A DNA stretch of 48,119 nt from Caecitellus pseudoparvulus. Lineage: Eukaryota; Protista; Bigyra: Bicosoecida. The stretch spans positions 1-48,119 of the forward strand of contig CBFFRQ010000210.1 in assembly GCA_965644315.1 (NCBI GenBank). Direction: 5' to 3'. This document shows, piece after piece, positions 41,227-48,119 of the stretch. The notes under the pieces were generated by a model. The model searched no databases. It worked only from the letters and a program-made list of their open reading frames with translations, and was not told the origin of the DNA. Position numbers and translations under genes: made by a program. The number at the start of each line of letters is the position of its first letter. Position 1 is the stretch's first letter.

Positions 41227-41269
41227 CGCGGCCCCCTCTCCGCGAGAGTGCAATGTACCTCAACCAGCT

Positions 41270-43148
41270 TCACTGCGCCGCACTGCGCGTGGAGCGCGTC
41301 CCAAAGGAAGCCCGCTGCAGGGCACGGGCCAATGCGGCGTCCAAGTCTTCCTGGCACGCCGGGCGGGGTTTCTTGGCAGGCGGTGCTGAGCGGCGCTTCG
41401 CCTGGCGCTTCGCCCTGCCTGGCCCTGGGTGGGGTTGGATGGCATCAGGCGGGACGTGCAGGTTCACAGAGCCATCGGAGACATACTGCACTCGGTAGGT
41501 CCCATCCGCATTCACACTCTGCACATGCCCCACGTACCACTTGCCCCGATAGCCCTTCTCAGGCCCCTGCCACCTCGCCCGGACCTTGCTCCCAGGGCCC
41601 AGGCCACCGGACACAGGACTGGGGGCCTGGGCGGGTGCTGAGGGCACCACTGCAGCACAGGCAGAGGGGTGGTTTCTTTCCTGGCTTGGGTTGACAATAG
41701 TTGCTGCTTGTGAGGCAGCAGCCACTTTCGTGGCGACGACTGCAGCTGCCGTGGCAGACGGAGCCAAGCGTGTGGAGACCTCGCCACTCGCTCGCCCAGG
41801 CATGGCTCCACAGTCGGAAGGTTTGTCAGGGGCAGGGCTGCTGCTTGGGCGTGCCGTGGATGCTGTGTGGGTGGCCGTGAGGGGGGCCGGGGCGACCTCC
41901 ACGCCCCCTTCAGCCGCCAGGGCCGAGGGGGGCGTGGTGCTGCGCTCACTAGTCCACTTGCCCACCGCATCCAGCGCAGCCACCAGCACCTGATCCACAC
42001 TGCCATGCCACAGCACTGCCAGTGCCGCCTCCATGGCGGGGTCCATGGCCGACGCAGGGAGGGGGGTCGCGGAGTCACTGGGTGCAAGTGAGCCTGAGCA
42101 CGACTGCCCCGACCCTGCCACTGATCCAGAGGTGGTCGTGGCAGCCTGCAAGGCCGCCTCGCTTCGCCGTGTGGCTCGCTTGCCGTACAGAGCACGGGTG
42201 CTGGCAGCCGTGCTGGCCGCCGTGGGCAGGCATGGGGCAGACGTGAGGAGTCCAGGCGGCAGGGGCGGAGGGGTGTCCACCCGCTCGTACACCATGCCCG
42301 TGTGACGCTCCCCAGACCCAGACATTGACACGGAGATGGAGCGGACCAGGCGCACTTGGAATCCGAAGGCGGCCATCGCAGCCGGCTGCCTGTGAGAAGT
42401 AGTGGAGGCGGAAGGGTTGCTGGGCGGGCGATTGTGGCAGGCAGCTCCACAGCACGCACCGAAATACCATGATGTACCGACAGGTTGGTGAGGCGTGGAA
42501 GAGGCGCGCCAGGTGGCGCAGGATGCGGTGAGGCATGCCCACGTCGAACGAAAAGAGGTGTGTCACAGGCGTCAAGCTGCGCATGCGCAGAATGTTGGCC
42601 AGGATGAAGAACAGGTTGCACCGCTCCCGAATCATGGTGTCCTGCTCCACCAGTCGCTGCAAATTCACCTGCAAGCGGCGGAGGCACAGGGCTGGTGCAG
42701 CAAGCGCCCACTGCAAGCCGATTTCCGCAGCAAGCAGGCGCACCATGGACAAGTTGTACCGCGTCGGCTCGCACTCCACGCCGATGCTGAAACGGCACCC
42801 ACTCGGCATGCATGCTGCGTGGATGTTTGGCTTTCCCAGCCCTGAGCCCACGTCCATGAACACAGACTCTGGCCCAAAGCCTGCGTCCGCCACGAAGCAA
42901 TCCAGCACTCGCTGCATGCTGCCGATGGTCATCTCGCCATAGATGGGGCCCTGTGAGCCATCGCCACCCACACCACCTGTACAGGACTGGATGGCGCTGT
43001 AGGCTTGCTTCACCCGCCCCCCCACTTCAACTCGAGCAGAGGGAGACGCCGACGGCGTGTCATCGTCACCGCCAGGCACTCCGATTGGAGTCAATGTGGG
43101 AGTCACAGCCGGCTGACTGCCAGCCATAGCTGCCTTGGTGCTTGCCAT
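41270..43148 (-). CDS. DOT1-like (H3K79) SAM-dependent methyltransferase with C-terminal Tudor domain and UIM-like helix, spliced (2 introns)
   Basis: YGEMT...FMDVGSGLGKP...SIGVE...THLFSFD...SMSGSGE. Introns at 42743-42669 and about 42459-42390. GSKVRARWQG...WYVGHVQSVNADGTYRVQYVSDG (Tudor/Agenet), EDLDAALARALQ. Confidence 0.78.
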
Positions 43149-43448
43149 GGCGTGAGGGTGTAGGGCTCAAGCAAGCGCCGCAGCGGGACTCGGCCAGCGT
43201 CGCCTGATTTTTGTGAGTGTCCATCGATTGTGCCAGAACGATGCTAGCCACTTGCACGAGGCTGAGGGGCACAAAACTCCCCTGCAAAACAGCCTTGTTG
43301 ACCTTGCAGCCGCAAGCTATCAGGCCGTGCGGTCATGATTTCTGCGAGGGTTGGCGGTTGAGGAAGCCGGAGAGGTACACCATCGGGATTGCCGCCAATA
43401 AGTTCAGCAGACGCTGCTGCCTTTCCAAAAGCGCGCACTGCAAACGAG

Positions 43449-45950
43449 ATGGAGAGAGGAGAGCACACCGGGGACGAAGAAGAGGGTCTTTTAAGCAAAC
43501 CTGCTTCAGCTGGCTCCCCTCTTGCTTCTGCTGCCACACCCAGCCCGCAGCGAGGAACTCAACGCTGCGTTCACCCTTGGCGATGCGAAACGCCAAGTTG
43601 GAAGTCAGCCTTTGTGGCAGCCATGCTCTGCCTGCTGGTTGTGCTCAGCATTGCTTGTACAACACTACCAGGCCAAAGTTTTGCTGACTCTCCGTCTGCC
43701 AGCCACTCTTTCAAGGGTGCTGGAGGTAGTGTCCATGTTGAGCATGTCTTGGCTGGCACCGCTACTTCCGGCGCCACTTTCAGTGGCAAGCCCTTCCGAC
43801 AGGTTTCACGCAATGCTTCTGCCTTGCTTGACCGGGCAAGAAAATCGGATCAAAGAGTGCCTTCGCGCCCGGAGTGTTCGACTTCTCGCCCTTTCGCTGC
43901 GGTGGTCACAACCATTGCGAAAGAAGCCACGGAGGCGGTGGCAAGCCTGGCTGCCGCTCGCCCTGATGTGGACATATTCGTGGTGGCAGATAAGAAGGGC
44001 CCAGTATCTTGGACTGGTGTCCCGTCTAACGTGCACTACCTCACTGTGCAGCACCAGAGTGAGAACGTGTTTGGGCACTTTGAACCTCCCTGGAACCACT
44101 TTGGGCGCAAGAATTACGGGTACTTGGCAGCTTTGCAGGCGGGCGCCTGCTTCATCTGGGACTTTGATGACGACAACGTGCTTCTGGATGGCAGTCATGG
44201 ACTACTAAATTCGACAGATCTGCGCTCCTGGGCGGGCAAAGCCGTGCAGCTTTCACCTGGAGGAGAGGCTACCACACCCTGGATCAACCACCTGCCATTG
44301 ATGGGCGCAACTTCGTTCATCTGGCCCCGTGGTACGCCCCTGGAGCAAGTCCAGGATGCAGGCACATTCTTGCCCCGCGTGACAGTTCCTGAACCTTGTT
44401 CCCATCAGGGCGTCGAGTCGGCGGGCTGCATTCCTGTGGGAGCCAAGTGCTCTTGTCTTGGCATCCTCAGCAGCCTGGCACAAGGGAACCCAGACCTTGA
44501 CGCGGTGCAGCGCTTGACTGGCCCCGCGCCTGTGGACTTCGAGCACAAGTTAGGCGTCCTGGGCGTTCTGGGCCCTGGCACGACAGTTTCCCACAACGCC
44601 CAGGCCACCTTGCTCAGCCGCGATGTGGTGCTGTTCGCCATGCTACCCATGACAGTCCATGGTCGTGTGGCGGACATTTGGCGGGCCCTCATTGCCAACC
44701 GCATCGCAGAGGTTGCAGGGCTGGCGGTGGCGGTGACGTCTGGCGCCGTGGTGCACCACCGCAACCCCCACAACTACCTTGCCGACCTGGACGCTGAGCA
44801 GCCTCTGTATGCACAGGCTGGTGTGCTGGGGCGCTTACTGCAGGAGTGGAAGCCCAGAGCACCGAGCAACGTGGCCAACGCCGCCCTGGACCTTTATGTC
44901 TTTCTTTACGAGCGGGGCGTCTTGGAAGAGCGCGATGTGCTGTGGGCAGGGGAGTGGGTGCAAGCAGTGCAAGGCATCACCGGGCCAGCCCCTGCGCTAT
45001 TCCCACCTACGAGTACGATTGGACGCGTCGCAAGGGAAAAGCCCCTGCTCGAAGGGGTGACCGCTGTGGTGCACATTAACTTTGGGCACTTGCACGTCAT
45101 CCCGGCTTGGCTCTCGGTGTGGGACGGCGTGTTCTCAGATGTCGTGTTCTACGCTCCAGGTGCACAGGAGTGCACAGTCCCTGGCCTGCCTCGAGGGGCT
45201 GGGATCCGTGTGGTGTGTGAAGTGGGCATTCGGCCTGCGGCTGCACCGAGTGCCCTGGGATCCATCAAGTGGCCTGATGGGTGGCGAACTGCAGGCGAGG
45301 TGGACGGCGGCCATCAATCGTACTCAACATTGCTACATGCGATGACTCATGAGGCGACCCCCTCACGAGGTTTCTTGTTCCTGCACGATGACTCTGCCGT
45401 GAACGTGCAGTTGATGCAGAAGCGGCTGGCGAACAAGCCTGGCGTGCTCTTCTGTCATGAAGGAGGCTGGTCATACTTCACATTCAGTCCTCAAAAGAAC
45501 GTCACAACTCTCACTGAAGCAGGGAAGGCCTGGAGCTGGGCATCATATCCCAGTGGAGTGGCGGCACTGAACTCTGCCGCAGCGGCAAGTGCCACTGTGC
45601 GCGCAGCCTTGCACAGGTGTCACGCCAGGAAGGGTGCCATCCCTATGGGCGCCTGCGACTCACACTTCTGGCCATCGCCCTTGGATCCGGAGGCAGTGCA
45701 GTTGTTTGTTGATCTCCTCGCCCATAAGGTCAGCTTGGAGATCTCAGTGCCAATCGTGGCGCTGTGTCGCAGCAGTGACCTGCCAACAGGTCACAATTCC
45801 CTTGAGGTCTGGGGCAGGGCGCGCCAGGATCCTGTGGCAGTCATGTCTTCCTTCAAACCCAATAAGCATGTGTTCGTGCACCCCTTGAAGCTTGGACGAT
45901 CGACAGGGCTCTGGGCACAGACGCGAGTGCGGGATGGGCAAGTTGGTTAA
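43449..45950 (+). CDS. STELLO-like (DUF288 / GT75-related) type-II Golgi glycosyltransferase
   Basis: N-terminal TM (AFVAAMLCLLVVLSIA), VVTTI, VVADKKGP, PWNHFGRKNYGYL.A...GA..IWDFDDDN, IWPRG.PL, PDLDAVQRLT, NAQAT, LPMTVHGRVADIWR, RNPHNYLADLDAE..LY, FLFLHDD. Confidence 0.88.
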   Translation: MERGEHTGDEEEGLLSKPASAGSPLASAATPSPQRGTQRCVHPWRCETPSWKSAFVAAMLCLLVVLSIACTTLPGQSFADSPSASHSFKGAGGSVHVEHVLAGTATSGATFSGKPFRQVSRNASALLDRARKSDQRVPSRPECSTSRPFAAVVTTIAKEATEAVASLAAARPDVDIFVVADKKGPVSWTGVPSNVHYLTVQHQSENVFGHFEPPWNHFGRKNYGYLAALQAGACFIWDFDDDNVLLDGSHGLLNSTDLRSWAGKAVQLSPGGEATTPWINHLPLMGATSFIWPRGTPLEQVQDAGTFLPRVTVPEPCSHQGVESAGCIPVGAKCSCLGILSSLAQGNPDLDAVQRLTGPAPVDFEHKLGVLGVLGPGTTVSHNAQATLLSRDVVLFAMLPMTVHGRVADIWRALIANRIAEVAGLAVAVTSGAVVHHRNPHNYLADLDAEQPLYAQAGVLGRLLQEWKPRAPSNVANAALDLYVFLYERGVLEERDVLWAGEWVQAVQGITGPAPALFPPTSTIGRVAREKPLLEGVTAVVHINFGHLHVIPAWLSVWDGVFSDVVFYAPGAQECTVPGLPRGAGIRVVCEVGIRPAAAPSALGSIKWPDGWRTAGEVDGGHQSYSTLLHAMTHEATPSRGFLFLHDDSAVNVQLMQKRLANKPGVLFCHEGGWSYFTFSPQKNVTTLTEAGKAWSWASYPSGVAALNSAAAASATVRAALHRCHARKGAIPMGACDSHFWPSPLDPEAVQLFVDLLAHKVSLEISVPIVALCRSSDLPTGHNSLEVWGRARQDPVAVMSSFKPNKHVFVHPLKLGRSTGLWAQTRVRDGQVG

Positions 45951-46350
45951 GGTGCTGTAATGTATGTCACACAGAACACCGAATCAATCTTAATGGCCGC
46001 CCCAGCACACCACTGGCTAGAGCAAGGTGTATTGCAGAACTTCTCATGCATAGTCCGGCAGGATGCGTGAGAGAACAAGCGCAGGACCCAGTCGCTTTGA
46101 ATCTTGTGTACGCAAAGAGATACAATCCCCACCCCCACTGCAAACCTGTTCGGCATATGGACGGTAAACCTTCACTCCTGTTTGGTACATGAATGCTTGA
46201 TGCTCCTGAGACCCTCGGCAAGGAACAGTCCTGTTGTAACGATTCCAGAGCCCATGATACTGCCACCGAGCCCACGTGCAGCAGCTCCCATGCATGGCCA
46301 TCGCTGCGATGCACAGTCACACGCCTGACACCCTCCAGCTCACTCCCTCC

Positions 46351-48119
46351 TCAATACACACCAACACCACCCTCAGGCTTCAGCTTGTGCTCCGCATGCT
46401 TCAACAGCACGCCCAGCGGAGACCCTTCCTGCCCCGCCCACGATGCGATGCAGCTCGCATACCGCTGAGGCGCCACGCCCTCGCAGCTCTTGGGGTGCCA
46501 CCGGTGCACCATGCCTCTGTCCTCTGACCGAAGCACGACGATGCCGGCCTTCTTGACACTCTTGTAGAAGGCGTAGTCCTCGCCGCCCCAGCCTTGGAAT
46601 GCGGGGTCCAAGCCCCCCACCCGGTCAAAGTCGGACTTGTACATGGTGAACATGCCAAAGCCGTAGCTGCGCCAGCTTCCCCTGTACGGCGAGAACGGGG
46701 GCAACTCTTTTCCGAACCATTCTTCGACTGCTGACACTGCGTCTGCGCTGTACGTCGACCACACCACTGGGAAGTAGGCCGTTGCCCCCTCCTGTGTCAG
46801 CGCCAGAGCCCGCAGGAAGAACCCAGCTGTCACCTCCATGTCCACATCGATGACTGCCAACACAGCACCTGCAGCGGCACCAGCAGCTGCTGCGTTGCAG
46901 TTCACAGACCGCGCCATGGGGGTCGCCACTGGCACAAACCGCACCTGCATGAACCGCGTGGAGAAGTCTCGCTGCAGCTCCACCTGGTGCCTTGACTCGG
47001 CACCTGGCTCCTGCCCCGGACATGCAGACCACCCAACGTGCACAGTGGCCACCACCCCCGCTGAGGCCAAGGCGGCACCCGTGCTGGACAGCATGCTGCG
47101 CAAGGTGTCGTACTTGCATGCAAAGGGCACTGCAATGTGAAAGCTGACGGACGATGTTGGAGCTGTCTGCAGGGCGATGAAGTCTGGCCTCCACGGCAAG
47201 GGCAGCTGGAGCTGCAGCACACTGCTGTAGGGGGCGGGCAGCGATGCGAGGACGGTGGCTGTGATGCAGTCTCGACACCAGAGCAGGGCGACCAACTTCA
47301 GGGAGAGCTTTGGGTAGCGGCTGCGCAGGTGATTGTGCACGCCAGCGAGGAACGCATTGGACGGCAGGCCTTTTGTCGAGATGAATGACGGCTCTTGTAG
47401 CAGGTTGTTCCCGTCCACGGCAGACAGCCACACCTCCCCATCTGCCTGCTGCACGGGTGCCTTCAACGGTGTCAGCCACTCCGGCTGCACCCCCTGCAGC
47501 ACATGAGGAGCCACACTCTGAATGGCACTAAACAACGACCAGCGCGACGCCAGCCGCATCGCATCCACCTTGGAGAGGTGCCCCACCGCAGATGCAGACA
47601 GCAGTGGACTGGTCACTTCCAGCAGGGCATCTGCCGCGAGCGCCGCCCCTTCCTCACCGCTGGGCCTCTGGAACGCACGCTCCAGCGCCTGCACGCTGCT
47701 GGGCGCCAGGCCGTCATTGCACTGACGTCGCCCTTCCTCGTGGCCTGTGTGACTCCACAGCAAGTCCTGCAGGTGCCCTGCCCAGGCCCTGCCCAGTCCT
47801 CGGCTGGGCGGCGGCACGGCAGGCAGGTACACTGCCTTCAGGCTGCTGATGCTCACGAGGACAGGCAGCTGCCCTGAGCAGTGCCCCTCTGGCTCGCGGT
47901 GCCCGATGAATGTGCTGTTCTCCACGTCTGCCAGTGACCGCAGCTGCTGCTGCAGGCGGGGAATGTGCACCAGCATGCCCTCGTCCAGCAGGGCAAGCCA
48001 CCGTGTGCGCGCAAACGTGCCTGCACGGGCTTCTGCAGCAGCCCACTCCAGCACACGGAGTGCTTTCAGCTGAGGCGAATCATTCAGTCCCATGGCTTCA
48101 CCCCATGCGAGCCCCTCCC
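46351..48119 (-). CDS. Chondroitin synthase / CSGalNAcT-like glycosyltransferase (GT7 C-terminal domain), probably 5'-truncated
   Basis: IDVDM, YFPVVWSTY, WRSYGFGMFTMYKSDFDRVGG, GWGGED, VHRWHPKSC. The frame stays open upstream of the ATG at 48093 to the window edge. Confidence 0.85.
   Translation of the reverse strand, partial: EGLAWGEAMGLNDSPQLKALRVLEWAAAEARAGTFARTRWLALLDEGMLVHIPRLQQQLRSLADVENSTFIGHREPEGHCSGQLPVLVSISSLKAVYLPAVPPPSRGLGRAWAGHLQDLLWSHTGHEEGRRQCNDGLAPSSVQALERAFQRPSGEEGAALAADALLEVTSPLLSASAVGHLSKVDAMRLASRWSLFSAIQSVAPHVLQGVQPEWLTPLKAPVQQADGEVWLSAVDGNNLLQEPSFISTKGLPSNAFLAGVHNHLRSRYPKLSLKLVALLWCRDCITATVLASLPAPYSSVLQLQLPLPWRPDFIALQTAPTSSVSFHIAVPFACKYDTLRSMLSSTGAALASAGVVATVHVGWSACPGQEPGAESRHQVELQRDFSTRFMQVRFVPVATPMARSVNCNAAAAGAAAGAVLAVIDVDMEVTAGFFLRALALTQEGATAYFPVVWSTYSADAVSAVEEWFGKELPPFSPYRGSWRSYGFGMFTMYKSDFDRVGGLDPAFQGWGGEDYAFYKSVKKAGIVVLRSEDRGMVHRWHPKSCEGVAPQRYASCIASWAGQEGSPLGVLLKHAEHKLKPEGGVGVY

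Noticed and set aside
39750-41357. Long antisense ORFs (535 and 466 aa) opposite CFAP52
   Set aside because: Typical mirror ORFs of a strongly GC3-biased gene.

Overview
Eukaryotic, GC-rich, gene-dense DNA from a flagellated protist. It uses the standard genetic code and has short GT-AG introns (often GTGCG donors, CAG acceptors). A stramenopile-like heterotrophic flagellate is a guess only. Bases 1-17.6 kb hold a tandem array of three intronless receptor-like genes (repeat unit about 6.66 kb, first copy cut by the window edge). Each has a highly variable ectodomain of 24-25 aa LRRs (about 28, 28 and 14 repeats), a Cys-rich cap, an S/T/P stalk, a second Cys-rich module, about 9 hydrophobic segments and a cytoplasmic tail. 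The membrane/tail half and the intergenic spacer are nearly identical between copies while the LRRs are not alignable one-to-one, like a 'variable + constant' receptor family, and the copies are mosaics of each other. This is the best candidate for an undescribed system. The other 30 kb holds 14 genes in strictly alternating orientation: HUS1, a degenerate cyclophilin, a PELP1/Rix1-like protein, CFAP210-like, an unknown protein with a BAG-like end, ATP23, a TTLL4/5-type glutamylase, an unknown TM protein, a secreted G1-peptidase-like protein, a mucin-like surface protein with GGGQ repeats, CFAP52, a DOT1-like methyltransferase with Tudor and UIM-like modules, a STELLO-like glycosyltransferase and a chondroitin-synthase-like GT7. 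All family calls come from motif recognition by eye, not from database searches.
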